A DNA stretch of 60,880 nucleotides, filler included, from Porpidia crustulata (taxonomy: Eukaryota), in assembly GCA_964255105.1 (NCBI GenBank). It is 3 parts of 3 records of this genome, joined end to end, with 100 filler letters (N's around TTAATTAATTAA, not from the genome) between each part and the next. Parts side by side here need not be neighbours in the genome. Positions count along the whole stretch, not along the records: positions 20,344 to 40,570 come from CAXUWE010000122.1; positions 40,671 to 60,880 come from CAXUWE010000123.1; 1 more part is not named here. The stretch is one strand, 5' to 3'. Under the pieces are notes generated by a model. That model did not search any database. It had not been told where the DNA came from and saw only the letters and a program-made list of their open reading frames with translations. The translations under genes were made by a program, and so were the position numbers. Within the stretch, counting starts at the first letter, position 1, and each line of letters opens with the position of its first letter. Below are positions 38,480 through 50,288 of this stretch, in pieces.

Positions 38480-39055
38480 GTTGCCGGTCGGTGGCGAGGC
38501 TAATGTTGTCGCTGATGTGGGATCGGGGACTCAGGACTCGGGCTTCCGCAGGAGATCTCATGCAGTCCGGGGATGGATGTGCTAGCGTTCAAAACATGGA
38601 AATATCATGTGGGGATGGGATTGGACATTACCAACTCGGGAGCCAGGCGGGATCAGCTTGAAATCCTCCATCGGCCCCAATCCGTTGCATCAAGGGTAGC
38701 AGCGGTGACGACCAAGTATGGAATTTAAATTTCCCGATTTGGCCCCGGTCCGCCCCTCTTATAGATGAAGCACTCAAAAGTCTTGGTCGCTCAGAAACAG
38801 TCTTGATTGCCTTGAAATGGTCCTGGCTGGTAGGTTTGCCGGCCGAAGTTCTGGAAGCGTAGACTGACTCGGACAAACTCTTGTTGTGGTAATCCAATAC
38901 TAGCAGTATCAACTGTACCAAGCTTCGCCGACTAAGTTTTGTTGGTGCTGGCCGTCTACTAATTCCTAGCGGATCATTATTTCTACTTCCTACTGTGTAA
39001 AATTTTGCGGTCCTCATACTTGTCCACGCATCGTATTTGTGAATACCTCGTCACC

Positions 39056-40570
39056 ATGTATCAGGAATTCTTCATCGGGCAAAGCGCCGAGGAGCGCTGC
39101 CGAAAAATTGATATCTCTGCCTGTGAGACAATTCAGCAGCTCAGGGCAAGTCTTGGACGGTTGTTTTCTTTTGCAGACCCAAGTTGTAAGTTGAACACCA
39201 AAATCCTTACAGACACAAAGAAACTCACAAACCGCTAGCAATTTGCTTCCACAGCAGCAAAAGCGGCGCCCTCTCCTCCCTCGAGGCTATCAAATTCTCC
39301 AGCAGCGCTGTGGAGTTGCGTACATCTCAAAATGCGTCGATTCGACCGCCTCCGGGGCCTCGAACCCATCCTTTCGTAGGCAACCACTATGAAATCTACC
39401 CCGACCCGCTGGGAAACTACGACCGGCTCTTTGCACGCTATGGCCCCATGATCAAGACTGTCAATATGGGAACTACCACCTACCACACCAACGACCCGGA
39501 AATTTCGCGTCACGTCCTTCGTGAGGGCGAAATCTTTACCAAGATCACATCCGACCCCGCGCATCCGCTCTTCTACATGAGCGACCAGAGCGCCCTTTTC
39601 ACCTGCGACAGCGACTCGCCCGCCTTCTCAATCAGCCACAAGTTCGTTCCGCCAGCCATGTCGCCGCGTGCCATGGCACACCACGCGCCGCTGATCCAGG
39701 CGTCAGCACGTTCCATCTTCCCCGTGCTCGAGGAGCTATCGGACCGCGAGCTGGCCTTCAACGTCTACCAGTACATGTTCAAGATGGCAGGGCAGGTCAT
39801 CTGGCGTGTCGTCGTGGGGCAAGACCTAGAACATTTCAAGGCACTCAACACGCCGCCGGCACATGCCATTCACCTCCTCGGCAAGTACCTGGCACTGATG
39901 AAGAAGACGTCGCTGCGCCCCAAATGGTACGGTAGCCTGCCCTTTGGTGACCCGGCTCGGCTCCGTGCCGTGCGACATCTACTCTGGGGCACCGTCGCCG
40001 AGGCACTCGACGGGTGTGTGACGCATGAAGGGGGGCCACTCTCCCTGCGGGATCCGGCGGCGTCACTGCGGTCGTCCTGCGTGGCGGACTTCCTGTGTCG
40101 GGCGCGGGATGAAAAAGGTGAGGGTTTACCGCGGGATATTTTGCTCGGCAACGTGGTGATTCTGCTCGGGGCAGGCTTTGTCACCAGTGCGTCGCTGCTG
40201 TCGTGGTCCATCTACTCGCTGGTCAAGTACCCGGGCAACCAGGAGCGGCTGATACAGGAGTTGGTGGGTCATGGGGCGGATGGGGAGAAGACCTGGACAC
40301 ATGACGAGGTTCATGCCATGAAGTTTCTGGACAGCTTCGTCAAGGAGACGCAAAGGATGCATAGTCCGAGTTTCCAGACGGCGCGAAACGCGAAGAAGGA
40401 TGTGGTACTGCCGGGAGGTTACCTGGTGCCGGCGCGTGCCGTGGTTATTCCGTGTTTCCCAAGTTTGCACAAGAATCCGGCGCACTGGGAGAACCCGACT
40501 CGGTTTGACCCGGATAGGTGGGCGGATCAGGGGGTGGCGGGCAAGGCGATGAGGAACGGTCTGTACACGC
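39056..40570 (+). CDS. Cytochrome P450, no N-terminal TM anchor; 3' end lost in gap
   Basis: PPGP..P.VGN, I-helix LGAGFVTSA, ETQR (ExxR), FDPDRW; the heme Cys motif would lie in the gap. Short first exon MYQEFFIG.. and intron ~39186-39238. Confidence 0.9.
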
Positions 40571-40670
40571 NNNNNNNNNNNNNNNNNNNNNNNNNNNNNN
40601 NNNNNNNNNNNNNNTTAATTAATTAANNNNNNNNNNNNNNNNNNNNNNNNNNNNNNNNNNNNNNNNNNNN

Positions 40671-40718
<48 letters not shown>
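40571..40718. other. Assembly gap with TTAATTAATTAA linker followed by poly-C run
   Basis: N run - linker - N run, then ~48 C. Confidence 0.97.
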
Positions 40719-40720
<2 letters not shown>

Positions 40721-42165
40721 CGGCGCCCCCGGATTAAATGGCGTCTCCTTTCTCAAAGATGAGCGTCGTCTTCAAATTCAAGGTAATGACAGTGGATGCT
40801 TGTCCTTAACTCACTCGAAGCTCATGCTGTGGAATGTACTACCACTCAGGTAAATTGGCAGGACCGAGGAACAAAGAAATGGTGACATGGCTAAGAATAG
40901 TATGAAACGAACTAGAATAGGCAGTTGTTACCTATGTAGCAGACTCGCAGCCTTTGAGAGTTAGCGTGGCTGTATGGGATAGAGCACGGAGATGTGCGTT
41001 AGCCTTCCACCCTTCCACCTGTATGTATCGTCTACTCTACACCACTTGTCAACAGAGCAGTCTGAAAGCAGCTGCCTATACATCTAGATGTTGTCAGTTG
41101 CGTCTTGAGCAACTGCTCCGAAAGCTGTAGAGTAAGGAGTGCTTGCCGTGTCGTTACTTTGTCAAGAGCTCAACCGCAGATCCGATCAGTCTCGTGACTC
41201 AGCTATTTTGGGAAGGTGGACATTTCCAACCGCACTGGTTGTTTCGACTTTCGACTTCGTACCCTGAGAGCGCTTGGCCACTTGTCTCGAATCTACCTCA
41301 TCCATCCTTCCAAAGTTGCTGGCCATCGTATCTCACTTACCATCGTCACTACCAAAACGCATTGAAATAAATTAATATTTAATCGTTTGAATTATTCTGT
41401 CTAGATCTATTGGCGAGCGCCCTTGGTTAATAATAACCGTTGCAACTTGACATACCTACCCTATACAAGCATAGAAACACAAGCTCCAGGCCTTCCAGGG
41501 ATGAGGACATGAGTGCTCAGCGGCTAGTTCTTCTAACTGGATGTTATTGGTTTGTTCCCCCAAGCCTCCAAAGCGCTGAGGCTTATTACTGGGTGTCAAG
41601 TCCCCCACTCCTGCAGATCATCCTAGCCAATCGCACCATTGAACCGACCGTCGACGCCGAGTGAAAGCGCCTTTCCCTACAACATCCTCTTCCTACCTCA
41701 ACCACTGCCTGAACCAGCGCAAAGCCTCAGGAGTTAGGATTGATCACCATCCTGCCGATTCCATCTTTATCTTTTCTTTTAGGAATACTGTCCTAACCAT
41801 TGGAACCACCACTGTCAGAACCCTCTTCTAAGCGCTCAGATTACCACCCGACTTGTACGGACTTTATACGGACATTCAGCTTTGGTAACGATCAATAAAG
41901 AAGTTTCAAGACGGAAACCGCATACCCTTTCAATAATCGCGATATTCACTCTCGTGCACAAGCGTGATTGAGAGGCAGCGCTTCGCTGAGAATACAAGGT
42001 AGAACCCTCCGTTGCGAACCTTTCTTCCGGCCCTCATAGCATTTTCATTTGTAACTCGAACATTGCAAACCTACATCCGTAATTTCCGATGCTCAAAGTT
42101 GCTGCGTCGAATGTGCCTAAGTTTCTCATCTGCCCTCTCGATGCAGACCTGACGCTGTCCTGGGA

Positions 42166-45150
42166 ATGGCTGCTTCCGTCATGACACGATGTACTGATAT
42201 GGTGAATCTAGAGGGGGAACGTTCTTCACTTGGCAGTCCACGATGTTTAAGATTTGAAACATATGTTTGCACGGGAGAAGATCGAAAAGGATATACGGTA
42301 GCTTTTCAGACCGAGAACCGTCAGTCTTTACCTTTGGTGAGAGGGTCATCCAAAAGCCTTCCGAATTCCACTATGCCGATTACGACGAGCTCACAGTCGC
42401 TGCTTGCATCCTTTCCCTCGTTTATGTCTGTGTTTGGAGAAGGAGTAGATCCGTGTCAGTCAAAAGAAAGCGACATTGCGGCGTCACAAGCGGCGACAAG
42501 GTCCGCGAACACTGGGAGGCGGCCCCCTTACAGCACCAACTTTTCCTCTCCAGTATTTCGTCGAGATTCCGCATCGACTTTTGAATCAACTGAATCCTCA
42601 CCAACAACTACCATCTCCACGTTGGACTCGTCAATTACGGAGCCGTCGCCTAGCTCGTCGCCAGAATCTCCCATATCGTTATCGCCTCTCTCCGCTTTCA
42701 AGTCCCTGAAGGCGGGTGTGACATCTATGGAGGGTGAAGAACATGAGTCGAATCCTTTTGCCAGTGTTTCGAACCTCAATCGCGCAGATTCTCCGAGTAA
42801 AAAGATGCGCAATACCAAAAATCTCTCCGTCAACACATCGGCGTCGAGCCGTCAAGCACCACACCTTCCAAGATTGGCACTATCCAATGTACCAGGTACT
42901 GCCGCGGGGCGCGCATTCTCCGCTCCGGTAACTCCATCCTTCATCGTTCCGCCCAAGCCACCGAGAAAACGGTCCAGTAACCTGGGGTTGACTCTTGAGA
43001 CTCCCGATCCCGCACCGACACAAGGGGCCCCCAGAGGACTCGGTATAGCTCCCCCGACCCCATCAGATCCGCAACCACGTACTTTCCGATTTCTTCAATC
43101 GGCATCGAGCATGCCCACTGTTGCCTCTCCAACCGTTGCTCCTGAGGGCGGAATGAGATTGCCTCCCTTTGGTAGACCATCTATCGCGTCCAGATTGGGA
43201 AAAGGGCGTCCTTTGCTAGGATTATCTCATTCGTACGAAACGACAACCTCCTCCCCAATTACAGTACAAACGCTAGAGCATGTGCAAGAAGAAAATGATT
43301 ATGAACTGCCTTTGTCGCGGGAAGCAAAATCGCCTGCTTATCCTGAAGGGCCTGTGTGCATTTACGAGCCTCACGTGTACCTTTACCTAGAACCTAGTGA
43401 CACCGAGGCTTCTAAATTCGATGTCGTTTTGAACGTAGCAAGAGAGGTATTAAATCCCTTTAGAGGCCTGGACGAAATGGATGCGGGCCCTTCCGAAAAC
43501 GATGACGCCGCGCAAGTATCTTTGCAATCCAGGACCAACCATTTCATGGACCGTGAAAGTGTATCAGAGCCGCAGACGGCTATTTCGGATAAATCCTTTA
43601 GTTCTGCGCTTGAGAAGTCGTCGAATGAACTTTTTGCAATTGCTGGTCCTTCACGATCGCCCAAGGCACCCGAATATATTCACATTCCATGGGACCACAA
43701 CACGAATGTAGTGGACGACCTCTTGAAGCTTTGCGAGCTTATTGACAACCGCGTCCAGGATGGCAAACGAGTGCTTGTCCATTGCCAGTGCGGCGTTAGC
43801 CGCTCAGCAAGTCTTGTTGTCGCGTACGGACTATACAAGAACCCCCAGCTTACTGTTCAGGAAGCGTACAACGCTGTCAAAAACCGTAGTAGATGGATTG
43901 GGCCAAATATGAACCTGATTTATCAGCTATCCGAGTTCAAATCGAAGCTGCCACGAACTTTTATTCCTGGACCCTCAACTTGGCATTCCTCGCGAAATAT
44001 AGGGTCAGGGCGCTCCAATCCCTTAACGACTTTCTCCGCGGACCTTATATCATCCACGCCATTGACCTCGCTTCGGAGTGTACAGACAGAGCCGACAAGC
44101 GCACCATTTCAAAAGGATCAAGAATCCACGCCTGCTCGGGCCAATTCTTTCAGTCCTCCTGGTCCAACGCAAGTGGTCGAGACTTCGGCGGTTGGAGATA
44201 TCTCTCCGGGACCATCTTCAGCTCCCGCAGATATGCAGTGGACAACTAGCGAGCAGGCACCTGGCGTTACCGAGGTATCGAAAGACGATCTATTAGATGG
44301 CCGAAACCCGAGAACTCTTTTCCCATCGCGGAGAATGGATATTGAAAAGCCGAGCCAGACGAGGACTTCGATGTCCGCGCCCAATATGACGGGTTGTGGC
44401 TCTGTCGGTTCAAGATCCAATGACCGAGATTCAGTGGAAAAGATGAACTTGGACACCATAGAGCCAAACTTAATTGCCTTCCCTCCTTTAGATACTACTA
44501 GCACAACGACCACGGATGCAGAGCTAAATTCTCTATCTCCGCTGAATTCGAGGGAATCTCCTAGGTGGGAAATTGAGTCGTCTCGAAGATCTCACGCCGA
44601 ATTCATGGAAGTCGATACGGATGGTCAAACATTGATGCCCCTACCTTCTGCAAAGCCCGCAAACATTGAGATTCCTCTTCGAGATTCGGATTCTATCCCT
44701 GGAACCCCTACGAAGCATGTTGAGACAGCTATCAGACTTCCTCCTTCCTTTACCAAAGACGAGCGCAATGCAGTCAACGCCACTTCCAAGGTGCCTTTAA
44801 ATTCTGCAACTTCGACTCTACCAGTAGGCTTCAGCAGTATCTCCGCGCGTCGCGCAAAGTCATCACTTGCTCTCCGCCAAGAACATGCCAAATCAATTCG
44901 TCCCCAACTTTCCCTTATTGGCCTCAACAATCCTATGTTCGACGGCATACCCCCAACACCTTCGTTGCTATCCCCAAGAGCCGCGGAATTCACAGCCAGT
45001 CCTTTCCACAGGACAGTTGCTGGTGATCTAGCTGGTTCTTCTGTCTTTGAACAAAGTCTCGTGAGTCCAACAGCGGCGGAGGAAGATCCACGGAGCCCAG
45101 TGGCGAGAGGCGAGGCACCAATCACTAGGAGTATATTTGATGTACTATGA
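42166..45150 (+). CDS. pmp1: Dual-specificity MAPK phosphatase (Pmp1/Msg5-like); true start may be downstream (e.g. MPITT)
   Basis: YIHIPWDHN, catalytic VHCQCGVSRSAS, RSRWIGPNMNLIYQL, N-terminal KKMRNTKNLSVN docking-like motif; Ser/Pro-rich flanks. Confidence 0.88.
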   Translation: MAASVMTRCTDMVNLEGERSSLGSPRCLRFETYVCTGEDRKGYTVAFQTENRQSLPLVRGSSKSLPNSTMPITTSSQSLLASFPSFMSVFGEGVDPCQSKESDIAASQAATRSANTGRRPPYSTNFSSPVFRRDSASTFESTESSPTTTISTLDSSITEPSPSSSPESPISLSPLSAFKSLKAGVTSMEGEEHESNPFASVSNLNRADSPSKKMRNTKNLSVNTSASSRQAPHLPRLALSNVPGTAAGRAFSAPVTPSFIVPPKPPRKRSSNLGLTLETPDPAPTQGAPRGLGIAPPTPSDPQPRTFRFLQSASSMPTVASPTVAPEGGMRLPPFGRPSIASRLGKGRPLLGLSHSYETTTSSPITVQTLEHVQEENDYELPLSREAKSPAYPEGPVCIYEPHVYLYLEPSDTEASKFDVVLNVAREVLNPFRGLDEMDAGPSENDDAAQVSLQSRTNHFMDRESVSEPQTAISDKSFSSALEKSSNELFAIAGPSRSPKAPEYIHIPWDHNTNVVDDLLKLCELIDNRVQDGKRVLVHCQCGVSRSASLVVAYGLYKNPQLTVQEAYNAVKNRSRWIGPNMNLIYQLSEFKSKLPRTFIPGPSTWHSSRNIGSGRSNPLTTFSADLISSTPLTSLRSVQTEPTSAPFQKDQESTPARANSFSPPGPTQVVETSAVGDISPGPSSAPADMQWTTSEQAPGVTEVSKDDLLDGRNPRTLFPSRRMDIEKPSQTRTSMSAPNMTGCGSVGSRSNDRDSVEKMNLDTIEPNLIAFPPLDTTSTTTTDAELNSLSPLNSRESPRWEIESSRRSHAEFMEVDTDGQTLMPLPSAKPANIEIPLRDSDSIPGTPTKHVETAIRLPPSFTKDERNAVNATSKVPLNSATSTLPVGFSSISARRAKSSLALRQEHAKSIRPQLSLIGLNNPMFDGIPPTPSLLSPRAAEFTASPFHRTVAGDLAGSSVFEQSLVSPTAAEEDPRSPVARGEAPITRSIFDVL

Positions 45151-46541
45151 TGGGTTTAGGGTTTAGGACTTCTAATTGAAGGATCGTTTATGCGGTCCAA
45201 GAGCTCTATGAACGGTATCCGCCTATCTGGTCGCCTTTCAATACTTTTCACCATCCTCTTGAAACGACCAATTTTAGACGATCATGATAGCCTGGACTTG
45301 ACGAGCATGATGATCATGCGATACCCCTGGCCGCCGTGGCTGCGTCATGTCCGCCCCACTGGCTGCGCCTGCGTTCTAGCTACAGTCACAACATTCTTAC
45401 AAGATTAGCTGGCGGCTCCTAAAAAGTTGTACTCAAATCTTTCTAGGAAGCTCCTACGCCGAGTCCCTCGGCGAGATATCTCATGAGCGTCAAGGATATC
45501 GCAAGATCCACTACAAAAACCTTTTAATCGAGAACATAGTTTATCTTCAAAAGCATGAGCTTTTATATTCGGACCGTGGATTGTCCGGGAGCACGACGTA
45601 GCCGAAACAAATCTCTAATTCCAAAAATTCCCGCCGTCGATCATCTGGCATGATGGCATCGGCTCTTCATAGCAGCATAGGAGACAAGAAAGGGTGCATG
45701 AGAAGGAAAATCTGCTGCAACGTTACGGCACCGGAGGAAACAAGGGACCCGGCGTGGTTCCGGGTGTTACTCCTGGCGTTTTTTTTTTTTTTTGGCATTT
45801 CTGTAAGGTTTGCTTTTTGCGCCGGCGTCAAGGGACGACGACGTGTTGGCATATGCTTTTTGGGGGGCTCTTCCACTGGGTCAAAGAGTGGGCATGCCAT
45901 TGGCGCTCGAAAGCTTTTTGACGGTAGTTTACCCCAATGGGGCCCTTTGGGGGGGTTAGTTGGGGCTTAATGGTTAATGTGTACATGGAATGGAATGGAA
46001 TGGAACGGGAATTCATTCTCTGTTTTGATGCTTGCAAAGTTGTGAATATGTGTGTGATGTTGCTCCGTTCAACAAAGTGATCCTTGCAAGTTTGTGAATG
46101 TGTGGGTGATGCTACCCCGTTCGACAAAACTACCCGCTTCCCATCGATGGTTGGAAATTTCTTTTTGAAACGAGGCCCGTTAATTAATCGATGCCTATAT
46201 AGATTCTCACGAAGATGCCATACTACCTATGCCCAAAATTTGACCCACCCCGCTCTCCACTCATCCACGTCAGGGTTTTTATGATAGTATAAAGCAAAAC
46301 GCCGGGTATCAATAAATGCCAGTGTCTGTGCATGACTCGGGCGGTACAAAGTAGAAAGCTCGCTATAGATGCTGAGGCAAGCAAGAAGAAAAATGTTTCA
46401 AGATGCGTGCTGTGATGTCAAATCCACCTCCCGCGTGGCTGCAAAAATGCCCAAAATGCCCAAGAAAATGCCGTTTTATTCGCCCATGTTGTAAGAAAGT
46501 CTATCCGACGATTTCAAACCCTAATGTTGTGTACGTGTCTT

Positions 46542-49500
46542 TCAAATCTCGACGTCGGTGTCGTCACCGCCGGTTCCCAAGCACCAAGAATGGTTCAGTA
46601 CCTGCGTGATACTCAGCCTCCGGTCGACGTCACGGTCGAGCATGCCCTTGATCAAATTGATGCTCTCCTCGCTCATAACCCAGGGGATTCGCAGCTCATG
46701 ATCCATGATCTCGTCGATGCTGTAGAAGGGGTTCTCCTTGTAGACGAGGGTGTAGAGCAAGATACCGAGAGCCCAGACGTCTTGTTCTTTGCCGCGGTAG
46801 GGACGGCCTTGGAGGACTTCGGGAGCGGCATAATCTGTAGGACGTCAGGATTCTGATAATGATATCAAAGGGAAGGAGAGTAGAATGGAGACGAACCGAT
46901 GGTGCCAACAAATACCTCAAAGGGTCCGTTTTTGATATACGCCGCGCTTCCAAAATCGATGAGTTTGACTTTGTTTTCACCGTCGAGGACAATATTCTCA
47001 TCTTTGATATCTCGATGGACGACAAGAGCTTTGGTATGCAGGTGGTGCAAAGCACCAACGACTTGAAGGAAAATATTGCGACATTCGGCTTCATCCATGG
47101 TCGAGCGCAATTCGATGTAGTCAAAGAGATCCATACCTGGGAGACCGTGCGGGACCATTTCGATGTAGTAATTGATGTCGTCTTCGAAGAAATCGGTCAT
47201 CTCCACTATGTTAGGATGGCGGAGACCGTCTTTGCGGAGATAGTCAAGGACATGGATTTCCAAAGGGACGGTGCCAAGTCGGCGGTCTCGCGTCCACGTG
47301 TCAACGAGTATTCGTCGTTTAGTGACATACTTGAGGACGACCTTCTTACCGTTTCTCGTATATTTAGCTAACTTTACCTGGCCATACGCACCTTGGCCCA
47401 TTTCTTCAATGATTGCAAACTCCGAGATCTTTTTCTTAGACGAGTGTCTGGCGCTATGTGTCGACAATGTGGTTTTGGACTCAGGTTTAGTGTCATTGGG
47501 AATATTACCTGAAATAGGTTGCGAAGCCGCTTCTTGTATTTGCTGAGAAAGTAGTGATGCTGGTGATAGGGTTGGCTTGTGGTCTTCTGTATCAGTCTCT
47601 TCTGGAGAGATAGGTCGATTGAACTGGCCGGGAGATGGCTGACGTAATGGACTGGCTGGTCTGGAAACAATTACAGAAGCGGCACCGTCGGTCTGAAGAG
47701 AGGAGTGGAGCTGCCGCGAGTAGGTAATCCACAAAGCGTAGACCACTTCAGACAGCAGATGGGGACCTGCCTCGTTGTTCTGTACATCGTTCTGATCCTC
47801 GTTCTTTTCTTCAATTACTTCGTCAGGAATGTTGCGCTCGCTTCGGACAACGCGCATCTGCAGGTCCACATTGATCTCTGATCCATCATTATGTTTGGCC
47901 ACAAGGCCTGTCGGACGCAGAAAGATGGCTGCAGCGTCAGCGTTGCCGTCTCGCAAGGCTAATAATGCACGTGCTCTCCGAAAGCTATGTTCAGGTATCA
48001 CGATTCCATCATGTAAAATAATGTTGTCTTCTTCAGTCAATAGGCTTAGAATCTTGTCGAATTGCGGTACAAGTTCGTTGATTGACATTCCATCCGGATC
48101 TCGCTGGCCAAAAAGGGCCGCAGAAAATACGGAGTTTGAGCTGGAGATCTTGAGATCGGCTGCGGAGAGGACCATGATACCAGCAATATGCGGGAAACTT
48201 GAGATTCTTAGGGTGGTTGAAGGGTCGCTTTTTGAAGAAATGGATATAGGGATATGTGCACCATCTGCGTTCTTCGCAGTGTAGTATTCAACCCTGGTAA
48301 GTTCTGCAAGGTCCACCATTTCCTTGCCGGCTTTGTGAACCATTGGTATGCGTGGGATAAGCTTTTGCACGTTCGTTCCTTCCGAGACCAATGACTCCCC
48401 CCAAATGGTCTCTACCGACCCTGTAGCACTTTCCACGCGTCCTACCTCGTCAAGTCTTATTGAAACAATGTCTTCGGAGATCTCCTCAAGAACCCATATT
48501 AGACCGCCTCGCTTCTCTTTCACCCAAAGACTAGCTGAGCCTGTAGCGCCGTTTCTCTTTTGTATAGGTACTACATCTCCACAGAGTAGCACTCCCCGAG
48601 ACTTGTTCCCCGGATGATTTAGGCCGCCCTTTACGAACTTTTTTCGTGAGTCAGTGACATCGCCGGTCGAAGCTCGTTGCTTCGCAAGCTGTCGTGAGGG
48701 AGGTTTACTTAGGAGCTTAGCCGTCACTCCACCCCTCATCGTTATTGAACTTGAAGGGGCAGGATTCACCCTGGTGCTCTTGCCGGTCAATTGACGGGCT
48801 TTCGCAGTCGCTTCTGAGCCGGGTGATCGAAGTCTTTCCTCAAGCCATGGTCGACGATCTTCTCTAACAACCTCTAGAATGCCTAATTTTCTTACCTCCG
48901 CTTTTGTCACGCCAAAGACTAGACAGGCAAGATCATTGGCAGCAAGTATCGTCCAAGGAGCTTGAGCCTCGGTAGTGAAGATGGCTTGCGCTGCAGGTGC
49001 CCAACGATTTGCATGTCCATGTACGCCCGAATGAGCACCAGCACTAGTATTTGGGGGTTTCCCAAATGGAGTTAAAGGTGTTGGAGAGAGTAAACCGTTA
49101 TCATCTGTGCCGCTTCGGGAAACATATGGTCTCGCCAGTGTCTCAACAAGCTTCGTCTGTAATGTAAGGAGGGAAATGTCAGTGTAAGTGCGTTTAAGTT
49201 CTGACCTTCCAGTTGAGATGGGCATAACCTTCGGCTTCAGAGGGCTAGTGGGAGGTGAGCGGGCTTCTGCGCGGTTGGCACGGTGGCTGTTGCCATTAGG
49301 TTTCGTGAGGAGGGGGGGCTCTGTACGATCAGACTCAAGACCTGCGGGATCAACACTTTCTTTTTGCTCTTGATCTTTCGCATTTATTTGCGGTGTAGCC
49401 GCATTTTCCGGACTCTGCCAATGCGGCAAGAACGCTTTTTCAAAAACATTAGAGGCATCAATATCAGCCGGCCCGGTCAACGGTCCATTCAGATATCGAG

Positions 49501-50288
49501 CCTTTTGAGAGTGCTCTACGTCATTTCCTAAAACGTTCGCCCGTACTAGGAGTTCCATCATACTCTGGATCTCTGCGTCACCAGTTACTTTCGCCTGCGC
49601 AGTAACAAGTCCAGGGTGATTCGCTGCCCATCCAAGTCTGTCTCTCATGAAATCTATCGATCTGCGTAGGACATTCTGTCTATTATGTAGTACGTCCTCG
49701 GATTGATGTGCAAAGGAGAATGAATGCAGAGACTCGCTCGGGAATCGTGAAAGATCCTCAGTGAAGTTAAGAACAGGCGATGAAGGCTCAGCGGATCCTG
49801 GAGTGAATCTTCGCTGGGATGACAAACCTAGTGTCATTGATGAAGATCTTGGTGGTAACGCAAAGGAAGCTTCTGGGGATGAAGAACGAGTCTGAGGCCG
49901 GGACGGCTGTTGACGTATGCGTCGCAAACCAGAGATTCCAAGGCCATGTTCGTGCTCTTGCATGACAGGCGACATAGCCATTGTGTCCCCTCGATCATGT
50001 TCCATGTTTGATCCTGCATCGACTGAAAACCGTATCCTTGTATTTTCCGCAAGCTTGCTAGAATTCGTGACGAGATTGCCCGTGCTTCGGTTTTTGGGTA
50101 ACACGAGCTCTGCTGGTGGGTCCGTCTTTCGCTGAAGTAACGATAGCTGAGGAAGCTCTGGTTCACCTACACGAGCCTTGCATCAGTCAAGCACTAAGAT
50201 GATGCCCACAAGAGGCTCTTGATCTCAACCATTTGAGACTAGATCATCATCCGGTAAGTCAGGGCCTACCGTCATGATGCTCCGGCAT
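46542..50288 (-). CDS. PSK1: PAS-kinase family Ser/Thr kinase (Psk1/Psk2/Ppk6-like), 3 exons
   Basis: QAIFTTE..PWTILAANDLACLVFG (PAS-like); GQGAYGQV, VVLK, RILVDTWTRDRRLGTVPLEIHVL, HRDIKDENI, DFG. Short first exon MPEHHD at 50288; last exon in 46542-46836. Confidence 0.88.

Noticed and set aside
40671..40718. Poly-C tract as a G-quadruplex or regulatory element
   Set aside because: It abuts the gap; length and authenticity are unreliable.
45770..46010. Homopolymer-rich stretch and (GGAAT)n between converging genes as a structured ncRNA
   Set aside because: Low-complexity 3'-UTR/intergenic sequence, possibly low-quality consensus; no convincing long stem.
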